A stretch of 64,000 bases of DNA from assembly GCA_964188305.1 (NCBI GenBank), contig OZ076888.1, one strand, 5' to 3'. Positions 1-11,528 of this stretch are shown piece by piece. The translations under genes and the position numbers were made by a program. The DNA comes from Podarcis bocagei. Taxonomy: Eukaryota. Under the pieces are notes generated by a model. The model was not told the origin of the DNA and did not search any database. It saw nothing but the letters and a program-made list of their open reading frames with translations. Each line of letters starts with the position of its first letter. The stretch's first letter is position 1.

Positions 1-3000
1 TTGGCGACTACAAAAGGTATTGGACAGTATCCCACAGACTATTTTTTGATGGAGGAGAAATGCTTTATATCTAAAGAAAGAAATGAGTACAGGAAGCCAC
101 CATTCCAAAGAGTGCTCAGTCCCGAGGAAGAGATTGTCCAGCTTTTGAACAGCTGGTTCCCAGAAGAAGGCTACGTCGGAAGAATTATCTTTAAAACCCG
201 CGAGGAAGTGAGTCTATTTGCCTTGACATATATTGCTTGCTGATAGTATCAAGAGGGTGACAAAAAGAACATATTCATTGCTTGGCTTCCTGGAACTTGT
301 TCTTGTTGACATAGAGCATTAGGAAAGGAAGTAATACAGAAAAGCCCAGCAGTGTTTAATGGTGTATTATTATTTTTTTACAACGCACCACTGAAAAGAT
401 GGCTTGTTGAAACACTTACATACATGAACTCATCCTAAGGGCAATTATTTTACATTATTTATTTATAGGTAGATCTATACAGTAAGCTTTACGTATGCTT
501 AATTAGGAAAGACAATGTATAGAAAGGGATCAGCAGCAGCAGGGGGGGGAAAGCCCTGTGAATAGTTGCACATACAGTGGTACCTCGGGTCACATACGCT
601 TCAGGTTACATACGCTTCAGGTTACAGACTCCGCTAACCCAGAAAGAAATAGTAACTCAGGTTAAGAACTTTGCTTCAGGATGAGAACAGAAATCGTGCT
701 CTGGCGGCGTGGCAGCAGCAAGAGTCCCCATTAGCTAAAGTGGTCTTCAGGTTAAGAACAGTTTCAGGTTAAGAATGGACCTCCGGAACGAATTAAGTAC
801 TTAACCCGAGGTACCACTGTATTTGTGCTAGCATTGGTGCTTAGGCGTGATGAATTTTGACTGGATTGTGCCCAAAGTGCCATCAAAGCTTGATTAAACA
901 ACTGAGATTTATCCAAATTATAAAAGGAATGTGAAAAGAAGAGATCCTCAAATTTCAGTGTCAATCTGTGTAGACTTGGAAGCTTTGGCAGGATGAGTGC
1001 AACTCACAGACTTTTGTTAACCTTGGTTTAGTGGAGGGCTCGAGAAAATATTGTGTGCCTTTTTAATAATGGCTCTGGTGAAGCGCATTCTAGTCCATGT
1101 GTCTTAATGAAATTGATTACCCTTTAAGGTGCTATAATGAGGAGAGATGGATAAGGAACTGGAGAGTGTAGGCAGAGGGCAAGGGTGTGAAACATCAGCC
1201 ACAAGTCATGCAGTTTGGCCGTCCAAACACATTTTAATAGCATTGTGAACCAATGAACCTGCTAAACTAACCAATACTGAATCCTAGATGTATCGATTCA
1301 GCTAAGGGGAACCTGTGCGGCCCCCACCAGATGATGTTGGACTCCAACTCCCAGTAGCCCCACCCAGCACGGCCAGTGATGTTGAGAGGTGGATTCTGAC
1401 AATATCTGGGGAACCACAGGCTCTCCATCCCTGAAATAAGGCTTACTGCAGGTGTATGTTACTAAATTTAGATACAGTACTAGTAAGGATGTAGAGTATT
1501 CTGCTGGCCTAGACAATACTAAAGATTTGCTCGTACACTGATGGATAGAAAGTGGGTTTTTTGCCTGTTGACAATAGGAGTTGAACTGACCTGGATTATA
1601 CTCTGGCTTGTGATGAAAGATTCCTGTGATGGTTTCACTCCGAAACCCAAGCGCAACATGCCACTGCCCAGCTGATTACCGTATTTTTCGCCCCACAGGG
1701 CGCCCCGCCCCGTAGGACGCACCTAGGTTTTTTTTTGGGGGGGGGGAATAAAGAAAAAAAAGATATTTCCCCCCCCCCAGGTGCAGGGGAAGCCCGAGCT
1801 TCCCCCGACCCCAGCCCGATATCCACACGCCTAGGGAGACCGGCGGGAAGTCGCGCCAGTCTCCCCAGGCTTGCAGAGAGCTGCGCGAAGCCTGGGCGAG
1901 CTTTTCATCGCGCCCCAGGCTTCGAAATGCAGGCAGCTCTGCGCAGCCCTCAGGAGCCCGGCGTGACTTCCCGCCGGGCTCCCTAGGGTTGCACAGAGCT
2001 TCCTGAAGCCTGGAGAGCGAGAGGGGTCGGTGCGCACCGACCCCTCTCGCTCTCCAGGCTTCAGCGAAAGCCTGCATTCGCCCCATAGGACGCACACACA
2101 TTTCCCCTTCATTTTTGGAGGGGGAAAAGTGCGTCCTATAGGGCAAAAAGTACGGTATGCTTTCTGGTGGCATACTGGTTGTGTAGTAAGATCCATTGCA
2201 ACATAGGCAGACTACAGTGAGGATCAGGCCACCCCACATAAACCACTCCCTCTGTGCAGGTGTGTTTAAACAACAATGGGCCTTCTGAATTTTCTCATTT
2301 GGACAGCACAGGGAAGAAGAGTATGCTTTTCAGTGACACAATTGGGAAGAAAGAGAAAAGTCCCTCCAGTTATTTTAGTACTCATGCAACTAGGTGCACA
2401 ACTGCCATTCCCTTGCCATCAAAGCTTGATTCTTCTTGCTTTTTCACAACACGTTAAGTCTGAAAACAAGGAACGAATACCACAATTTTAGTTTTCAAAG
2501 AAGCTACCTCCACATTTCCTTAAGCAACAGGTTTTTGCATGTTTTTGATGTTTTTCTATAGAACTTAAACAACAGAAATCTTTTTCTGGAGGAGAAAGAT
2601 GATGCAACTGCTAGCTCTGAGGATGACAGCTTTTTTGTTCAAGTTCATGACGTTTCCCCAGAGCAACCTCGTACAGTCATCAAAGCATCTCGCTTCAGTA
2701 CAGCCCAGGATGTCATCCAACAGGTAGGATGTCCTAATTCATTTTCCCCTCACTTGCTGAGAGTTACACCTGTCTCTTGCAGAAAGAACAGCAGAATATC
2801 ATGTCAAAAAGATGGATTGTCCCTACTGGCTGTCACTGCTAACACACTTCTGCCCACAGGACTAGGTTTTAAATGTGTTTTGGCCTGTAAATGATTTAGG
2901 TTAGACCAGGGGTCAGCAAACCTTTTCAGCAGGGGGCCAGTCCACTGTCCCTCAGACCTTGTGGGGGGGGGGTGGACTATTTTTTTTTTGGGGGGGTAAA

Positions 3001-4434
3001 ATAATTCCTATGCCCCACAAATAACCCAGTAAAAGGTAAAGGGACCCCTGACCAGTCCAGTTGTGACCGACTCTGGGGTTGCGGCGCTGATCTCGCTTTA
3101 TTGGCTGAGGGAGCCGGCGTACAGCTTCCGGATCATGTGGCCATCATGACTAAGCCGCTTCTGGCGAACCAGAGGAGCGCACGGAAATGCCGTTTACCTT
3201 CCCGCCAGAGCGGTACCTATTTATCTACTTGCACTTTGACATGCTTTTGAACTGCTGCATTTTAAATAAAAGCACACATTCTACTCATGTAAAAACAAAA
3301 ACACGCTGATTCCCGGATCGTCCACGGGCCAGACTGAGAAGGCGATTGGGCCGCATCCTTAGTAGGCAAACTAAAGCCCAGGGGCCGGATGTGGCTCAAT
3401 CTCCTTCTCAGTCTGGCCTCTGGGCCTTCGTTTGCCTACCCATGGGTTAGACGAAATGTACATCCAGCAAATGAATGATTTATCCCTTCTGTTTGTGCAA
3501 GGTGAGATCTGCCTTAGAAGTGAATGGTAACTAAATAGCATTTGGCTTTGCATTTTAATTTTCTTTTAACAGACTTTATGCAAGGCTAAGTATTCCTACA
3601 GTATTCTGAACCACCCCAACCCAAGTGATTATGTTCTCTTGGAGGAAGTGACAAAGGAGGCAGCAAACAAGAAGTCTTCTACACCCAAAATGTCTCGGAG
3701 GATCCTTGCCGACCAAGAGTGTGTGTTTCAAGCTCAAAACAGGTGGAAGGGAGCTGGAAAATTTATCCTTAAGCTTAAAGAACAAGTCCAAGTAAGTAAA
3801 TTGTTCCACTAAATTTGTATAAACTTTGCTGTTCTATAAAGCTCTGCAAATTAGAAAATGAACATACTACCATCTCTAGCAAAAATGGCAAAAGGAGTTT
3901 ATATTCATTCTTTGGGCAGAAGATTCATAGCAAATCCTTTAAATTGGCATTTAATAGCTTTGGATTATCAAGATATTTGTTAGAACTGAAGGCAATTCAA
4001 TTCTTCAGGATGTAGTTGAATATTCATCTCATTCTGTGGAAGTTTACCCATGAGAAAGTTTCACTATGGAAGGAAGGGGGGGGAGGTAGGGCAAAGTCAC
4101 CATGTGATGACATTTTCCTGCCATAAATGATATAATAGAGGATTGACATGGAACTGTTCTTTTGTGCAGAACTGTTCACCCCACAAGCCCAGCTAACACT
4201 GACAATGTTTTTGCAACTTGGTTATTTTGGTTCCCTGGCTTTTTCTTTTCATAGGCAGGCCGAGATGATAAAAGAAAAGGTATTTCATTTGCTAATGAGT
4301 TTAAGAAATTAACTAAATCAAGTAAGCAGTACAGGGGCTTTATAACCACATCTCTACAAACGTCTTCAGAGGGTCTGCAAAGTAAAGATGACAAGACTGC
4401 ATGCAGTTTGACTTACAGCGACACGATGGAATAA
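1..4434 (+). CDS. PLCE1: Phospholipase C epsilon 1, C-terminal part (end of RA1, RA2 Ras-association domain, C-tail); 5'-partial. Exons: <1-207, 2562-2723, 3573-3791, 4255-4434 (TAA 4432-4434)
   Basis: Spliced translation reads ...[58 protein letters not shown]|NLNN...[32 protein letters not shown]|[26 protein letters not shown]...[16 protein letters not shown]|[22 protein letters not shown]...DTME*. This matches the vertebrate PLCE1 C-terminus as I recall it. All introns are GT-AG and phase 0. Confidence 0.97.
575..819. mobile_element. Non-autonomous Tc1/mariner (Tigger/pogo-like) MITE
   Basis: TIRs CAGTGGTACCTCGGGT...ACCCGAGGTACCACTG flanked by TA on both sides, with internal TCAGGTTA repeats. 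Confidence 0.85.
1298..1433. mobile_element. Degenerate copy of the ACTACAACTCCC-core hAT MITE family (other decayed copies near 27290, 48770, 49056 and 58590)
   Basis: CAGATGATGTTGGACTCCAACTCCCAG...CAGCACGGCCA core with a CCCTG end. Confidence 0.5.
1679..2155. mobile_element. Tc1/mariner-superfamily MITE with CCGTA termini, copy A
   Basis: TA|CCGTATTTTTCGCCCC...GGGCAAAAAGTACGG|TA, GC-rich interior, homologous to 5384-5863 in the opposite orientation. Confidence 0.85.
2907..3444. mobile_element. Non-autonomous hAT element with a nested SINE
   Basis: Termini CAGGGGTCAGCAAAC...GTTTGCCTACCCATG with a perfect 8-bp TSD GGTTAGAC (2899-2906, 3445-3452). Confidence 0.85.
3030..3255 (-). mobile_element. 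5'-truncated Sauria SINE nested in the hAT element
   Basis: AAAGGTAAAGGGACCCCTGACC...GTTTACCTTCCCGCCAGAGCGGTACCTATTTATCTACTTGCAC is the reverse complement of the body and tail of the full copy at 61252-61614. Confidence 0.85.
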
Positions 4435-5383
4435 CCTCCAGAGATTTGTATTCAGGTAGGACATGTTGGCAGTGATCTAAATAACATAGTGTACTTATAT
4501 ACCAATTTAAACTACATAAGCATTGCTAAGCTTGCAATTACCCAAGTAATAAACTCCTGATAATTTTTTTTAAAATGCTGAGAAGCCTTCCTTAAAATAG
4601 CCTTGTCTTTTATAATCAGTGATGAAGTAGGGGAATGGTTTAGTTAACAAATTAAGTGATAACACAGATTTCCCTTTCATTTTTGCTGTTCCAGCTAGAT
4701 ACCCTGTGAGAGAGAAGGGAAAAAACTGGTAGACTTTTATTGCCATCAAGTTAAATTTAGGATGCATCCAGATGGCAACTTCTCACGCTCCCAGCTGAGC
4801 ATAATCCCCAAAAACGGCTTTTCCAGACGAGCAGTCTACGTGTGCTTGCTTCTAATTTGTTGCATGGGATCAAGATACTTTCCGTTGAGCAAGTGCTTCT
4901 GGTTCAAGGACAGATCTGCCTGTGTAGTTGTGATTGTCACAGGAACTTTACTGTGCAGGTCACCATGGTTGGTGAGTTTCCTACACCTGTAACAGTAGCA
5001 TCTTGTACCACCAATGCAGTTTACTAGGTTTACTTGTAGAGGAGCTGAAAGATGGTTTATTGTGAACAAGCTGTGCTGATGCAGGCTGCTTCGAAGTTCC
5101 CATGGCACTCCCCCCCCCCTTCTGGTGCTTGGTGAATAAAGCAAGCCAGGCTGCCTTCTTCAAACACAGGCTTGTGGTTTATTTCCTCCAAACAAGCAAC
5201 AATTGTGAACCTAGGTTTGGAAGATGCAGAGTTGGGAACTTTTGAGCAGTGTGCATTATTCACACTAAACCATCATGTTAGGCTATCTTTAATGTGACAT
5301 TAAAATGGGGCAATCAGATATGAAATCTATGAGAGGTTCTCCTGTTAATCAGTAATTCCAAGGAAATGCTATTTTCTGAACTA

Positions 5384-5863
5384 CCGTATTTTTCGCTCTG
5401 TAGGACACACTTTCCCCCTCCAAAAATGAAGGGGAAATGTGTGTGCACCCTATGGGGCGAATGCAGGCTTTCGCTGAAGCCTGGAGAGCGAGAGGGGTCA
5501 GTGCTCACCGACCCCTCTCGCTCTCCAGGCTTCAGGCAGCTATCCGCAAGCCTTCGGAGCGCGGCGGGAGTTCCTGCTGGGCTCAGAAGGCTTGCTGATA
5601 GCAGCAAGCTCTGGGACCGAAGGCGAGGTTGCACGCAACCTCGCCGCCGCTCCCGGACCCATTCTGGGGGCTGGGGTTGGGGAAGCTCGGACTTCCCCCG
5701 CCCCAGCCCCGCGGCTAAAGAAGCAGCCAAGACAGCCAGGGGGATGGATCCCGCTCGCTGTCTTGGCTTCTTTGCTCTTTGGGGCTGGGGGGGAAATAAT
5801 TTTTTTTTTCTCTCCCCCCCCCCCCCTAAAAACTAGGTGCGCCCTATGGAGCGAAAAATACGG
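5384..5863. mobile_element. Same CCGTA-terminated MITE family, copy B (inverted relative to copy A)
   Basis: TA|CCGTATTTTTCGCTCTGTAGG...CCTATGGAGCGAAAAATACGG|TA. The ORF track shows the shared peptide [12 protein letters not shown]...[10 protein letters not shown] on opposite strands for the two copies. Confidence 0.85.
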
Positions 5864-6045
5864 TAATTTAATGACAACAGCGTAAGAGCTTCCCACTTAA
5901 GGGGAGAAATTTAAGCAATAGAACCTCAGTACTTGCCTTTTGCTAGATTTTGTTCATTCAACATATGGCAGCAGTATTTAAGTGATTGCTCAAAATCTTT
6001 TTAAAAAATGTATTTAAACCTCTCTGCATTTCCTCCTGATTCTAG

Positions 6046-7215
6046 GAAATTACAAAGGCCTTAAATACAAGAGACAAAAGCTGCAGTGAAGTTGATAGAA
6101 AAGGACGATGGATTCACTCCCTCAGCTTCTTTGCGCAGTCTTGCTTTGGGAGGAGATAGGGGGTGTAACTGGAACGTGTCTAAATAAGAGACAAACCTTC
6201 GTACAGTGGAGCAAGTCACTGCTAAGGAACTGGCTGGCCCAGCTGAATCTCTGCTACCAGTGCAGGTGCCGTCTAGTTGCTGCTTCTGCTGGCAAGAGCC
6301 AAGTCTGTGAACAGTGAAGGAAGTTATATTTTTGAGGCTTTGGAAGAATACCCTGGAATCATTGGAGACTGTTCCTCCTTTTGTCTTCATATTCACTACC
6401 TTTGGACAAGAGGGAAAGTAAGCACCTTATATTGTCCATTGCAAGCAGAAATCTGCCTTTTTAGAAAAAAATAATTTAATTAGGCATCTTAAGGGAAAAT
6501 GAAAGTTGAGGATGTTCTGTAGTGTGTTACATAACAATAATGCACTTTTTAAAAGCAGCTTCTAAACACACTTTTAGGTGGTTGTAGGCAGATAAAAAGT
6601 ACATTGTAATTCATAGATTTCAGTACGGTGAATATAAAAGTTATGATTTGTCAGTGTACAGCTGTAAGTATACCTATTTTAATAGTGATACTGATTAGGA
6701 GCAACATTTCTTCATGCAATTTATTCTAGTTTTTGTTTTTTTAAAAAATGATTATTTATTTTAATATTCTAAGGTATGTGCCACTGTATAATGTATTTAT
6801 CATGCCTTGCTTTACAGAAAATTATATGTGTATCTCTGTTTAGAGAAGATAAGCATTATAATGAGAAGTACATTCAGGAAACATAATCTGTATGTTCACT
6901 ATCAATTCACTATTATAAAGGTGTTTTGAGAGAAATTAACAGCTTGAAGTTTTTTCTATATGAATTGTTAACGTCAAATATATATTCACTCTTGCCATAG
7001 CTGGCAGCCTTATTTAAGAAATTTAAACCTAAAGCATACTAGTGTGTTCATTTTCAGTATAAACCTTGCAATCTCTGTTTACATAAAAGTATTTGTAAAG
7101 ATTTGTATATGTTTGCAAAACCATGGGCTTTTGTTGTTTTTATAAGGCCGTTAGCACTGGCTGTAACTTCCCTTCCTTTTGTTAATAATACAATTAAAGC
7201 AATTTAATACTACCC
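6046..7215 (+). other. PLCE1: Probable non-coding terminal (3' UTR) exon of PLCE1
   Basis: Donor CAG/GTAGGA at 4455/4456, 21 nt after the stop. Strong pyrimidine-tract acceptor cctctctgcatttcctcctgattctag ends at 6045. AU-rich sequence follows, with ATTAAA at 7193-7198. The end coordinate is approximate. Confidence 0.45.
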
Positions 7216-7994
7216 ATATAAAGCATGCAAGAACTGAAATAGTAACTGGTTTTGACTGTCTTTTGATAATGATAGTACAAATTTTAAACTGTTCAAAAAC
7301 AGGCTTTGTGGAACCTACATCAACACACCTGCTGTTCACCAGGATCATATTGTGAGAGTAAATCAAGAAAAGAGCCTGTTCAATTAACTGAAGTTCAAAG
7401 CAAAATGCTGAAAAACAATTTGAACCTGAATGGAATGCAGAGTCATAATCAGATTGGATGTTCTACAAAGCTTAATACTCATGGCTTGCAAAATGTAGCC
7501 ATTCACCTCTAATCCCCACAAGGCCCCTTCACCTCAAAGATGCAGCCAGTAGGAAGCTAACATTAAGGAAAGCCAATTTAACTCCAAAAGTTTTTAAAAA
7601 TTAGCTAAGGGGGCAGGAAGGTCAGGACTTAAATCCAGAAAAGACTATTGTTTGTTTATGTTTAGTCATAGGGCTTGGTAGAGGAATCATTTGTTATAAA
7701 CAGAAAATAAATGCCTTACTGGCACAGCAAAAAACAACAACACAGCTGTATGTACATAGTGCCCTCCAGAGGCAAGACTCTAGATTGCAATTGTGTTGAT
7801 CGGTCCCCACATGCCAGGGGTGGGCAGAACAACTAATGTGACTTCTGTGTTTCTACAGTGAGCAAGTTTCTTAACCCAGCCATCTCTATCCTCCCTCCAG
7901 GCAGGCAAAGAGGCCTGGACAGGTAACATTTGTCTCCCATCCCTGCTGTAAGCAGGTCATCCATCTCTTAGCCAAGAAAATGATGATGTTTTGA

Positions 7995-9372
7995 TTACCA
8001 CACTTTAAAAATGCCACAGTAACACTCATTTACCTTCTCATAGAAAAAACCAGGAGTAAGCTCCAAGTTCCCCACCACAGTGTGCCCATTCCGTCGAAAA
8101 AAACTAAAGAAAATTCCCACAATGCTAAGCAGGTTCACACTTGAAGCACAGAAGGAAAAAGCAGGTGAACAGTCCAACCCCCATCCCCACTAATTCTCCT
8201 GACCCACCACGCAGCCCAAAGCTCCCGAACAGAAACTTGGCAAGCCAAAGGCTTATACTGCCACAACAATGGCAAACCCATACCAACACAAGAAGTATAA
8301 GATAAAACTAGGGGACACCCAAATACTCTGGCTGACTCATCACCAGCAACACATCGTCTTAAATAACTCAGTAATCAAAGCAGCAGCCGCTAGGCCTCTG
8401 ACCACCTTTGAGAAACTTCTGTTGACAAGAGAGGGAGACAGCAAGGTGATGGTATACACAATATACAAAATACTATTCCAAGACCCGACAAAATCCCTCA
8501 CCAAAATCAAAGACTAATGGGAACATGGTATAGGTTGCAAAATCCTACCCAATGGTCTAAACCACTCTTTATAAATGGTACCTAACACCTCGGAAGCTGG
8601 TGCTGATACGCCAAGGAACCTCAAATAAATGCTGGAGAGATTGTATCACTACAGGCAAATACCTCCACGTGTGATGGGAATGCCCCCAAATCCAAACCTT
8701 TTGGACATCAAGTCCCACAAGAAACCTGGAAAATAACAAAACCGGTACTAGAAGCAACTCTAGAACTGGCCCTATTAAACTTCTTCCAAGGCAACAATGC
8801 ACACTCACATTACGAAGAACTCATAAGCCACTTACTCTCAGCCGCTAGGAATGTCATAACTAGACACTGGTGGGATCTGTCAGGAGTGAACATGGACCAC
8901 TGGAACCAAACTGTTTAGCTTTTCTAGTAGGGCAGTTTCCCAATCAACAAACTGACACTAACACGGGGACAAACAAAAGAAGATGCTTTCACCTCGGTAT
9001 GGCTCCCTTTTATTACATATACAGCCCAGCAAGACAACATAAACCCCCCAATAGCATACAAATCAATATGGCTAACTTCACTGAACAACCCCTTACAACC
9101 TCACACACACAAGCAAAACTCACTGTAATCAACTGAATGCAACCAACCATGCTCTGGGCTCTGCAACCTCTCACACTGCCAAAACACACTAAGCAAAAGA
9201 ACGAGATCATTCTCCCCTCTTCTCTCTCCCCCCCCCCCCCCCGCAACCTCACAATATGTATTACAATAGTGTCTTACACTGAATGTAACTGACCTATATA
9301 AAGGACTCTTAGAACCATATGTACCCTTGTTGTCTATGAAAATCCTTCAATAAAGACAATTTTTTTTAAAAA
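7995..9372 (+). mobile_element. 5'-truncated, degenerate L1-clade LINE (ORF2 C-terminus, 3' UTR, A/T tail)
   Basis: From 8576 it reads WYLTPRKL...NKCWRDCITTGKYLHV*WECPQIQTFW, the L1 ORF2 Cys/His zinc-knuckle region with an in-frame stop. The strand is A/C-rich, with AATAAA at 9349-9354. The 5' boundary is approximate. Confidence 0.75.
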
Positions 9373-11443
9373 GCCTCAGTAAATGGAACACAGTGCTATC
9401 ATATGACTTCTACACACCAACTTGAGTTCATAGCATTTAGACAAGCTCTAAAGCCACGGCTTGCCAGAAAAACTATGCCTCTGAAAACAGCAGACAGACC
9501 TAAACAGTCAATGTGAGATGTTTAACAGTAAGTACCATACATTTAAATTTGAAGCTACATGTTATATAAGGTCCTTTAGAGAGGAGGTGGTGGAATAAAT
9601 CAAATTTAATCATAGAACTCCTTATGGATGACTAAGAAGGGTCTCTGGCTACCTAGAGAATTTCAAAAGGTGTTGCTTTTACTTTTTATTTACTTTTGCA
9701 CACATTGTGCTTCTATTAGGAACATGATGGAAACTAGAGCCAAAAATCCCATCTAGAAATGCTTGGATAGCAGTACAGCCACCAATGTAAAAATCTGCTC
9801 CCAGGTGTTTAGAATAAAACCCAAGAATTATATGTACATCATATTTTTGTTCCCCACCATCACCTTCCACTTGTCTGTGGTACAGTGGCAATTTTTGGGG
9901 GTGTGACCAATACGGAGCAGTTGTTGTCAGTATTCCTACCTCCAGCAACAGTGAATTACTATCCCAAGAGTACTGTCATCTAAACAAGGTGTCTCAATAA
10001 ATTAGTAAACATGGACTTCAATAGTTACATTCAAGCAGAGCAATCTAAACCCCTGATCTGCTGTACTGAAGGGAGTGTGGATGAAACAGAGGTGACCTAC
10101 CTGCATTTCCCAAATGATGAGACTGCACTTGGATGTAAGCCCCAGAAAGTTCAATAGAGCTTGCTCTCAGGTAAGTGTGTAGTCTAGGATTGCAGGCTGA
10201 CACTCAAATTGAGACCTAGATCACCAATATAACAAATGAAGAGCCAAAAGTTGTCAAACTTCTTTCAGCTACAATACAGTGCAACCATAAAACATTTGTA
10301 CTGAATAGCAAAATATTTCCAGTTATCTGCACATTTCACCACTAGCAAATAAGGAGGGCAGAATGCTTACTTGCTCATTGCTCTTATGCAGGTCAACAAC
10401 TAGAAAGAAAATGAAGATTAGTTCATAAAGCAATACCAACCCATTAGTAGGAAAAGAGAAAGAGGATGTGCAGAACAAAATGCTTACGTACCTTATCCAT
10501 CTCTCACTACTCCTTTTGATGCTTGAAATAGATGCACTGTGTTCACACTGCAGCAGGAAAATACTAACTTGGTCTACAATTTAGGGCAAAACTACACATT
10601 ATACACCTAGCTGGGTGCAATTTTTATTTTTCAGTGGGAAGCAGCCTCGGGACACAAAATTTAAAGGAAGAAATGGCAATATTACAGAAAATGTTTCCCT
10701 GCTAAAAAGTTGGGTTTTTTCCATCAGCAGGAGTAGGGAGGGAGATTTGAAGCAGGAAAATAGCTGACGGAAAAGAGTTAAGCAGCCTTCCTTGTCCCAC
10801 GACTTCCCCACTTAACATTTAGCCCACATGTTTATAATGTCTGGTTGGGCACTTAGGCCATGCACATAAATTTTTGGTAGATGCTATGATGAATCCCCAT
10901 TTGCTTTTGTGATACTAGGTCCAATACAGAAAGAGTAACCTTATAACTGTACAAACTATTGTGGTGTGGGGAATCTCAATGTAGGGGGAGAGGGGCTAAA
11001 TGTTAATTGCAGTCACTTTCTCATAGCCCATTTAATAGAGACATTAAATTAAAAAATAAACATAAAACGGTGGGATTGTGCTCTGTGGGAGTGGATATCC
11101 ACGCACCACTGTTTTTCAACACCTGCTTATAGTTTATATCATAGGTAGGTGAGATAACAACAGAACGATTGGCCTGAAATCTTTTTTTCTTTTAAAAAAA
11201 GGTTTATATATTGATACAATTAAAATAGTTTTCTAGAATCAATTCAAATTCATGCCATTTTAGAAAAATCATCCATTTCCAATGAAAATATTGTACAATA
11301 TTATACATAAACTCAAAGCTTACAAACCATAATAACTACAGCAATGAATATGGAATCAGGGGTCCTAGAATTCCAAAGTACAGGCTGTTCATTAATTGCT
11401 TCTTCATTCCTGGAAATCCAGCATCCATAATAAAAAGGCCCAC

Positions 11444-11449
11444 TTTATT
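11444..11449 (-). terminator. Candidate polyadenylation signal of NOC3L
   Basis: AATAAA on the - strand about 80 nt after the stop codon. Distal sites are also possible. Confidence 0.4.
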
Positions 11450-11528
11450 TAAATTATTTGTAGACCAGGTGAGTATTTCTTTCATGTATTTAGTTCCTTT
11501 AAATAGATTGCAATGGTTTGTAATATAC

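Noticed and set aside
1610-1675. Possible C/D-box snoRNA (GTGATGA...CTGA)
   Set aside because: No terminal stem, no convincing C'/D' boxes and no recognisable rRNA-complementary guide.
1676-2239. 187-aa and related ORFs, also those at 5314-5896
   Set aside because: Artefacts of the GC-rich MITE copies.
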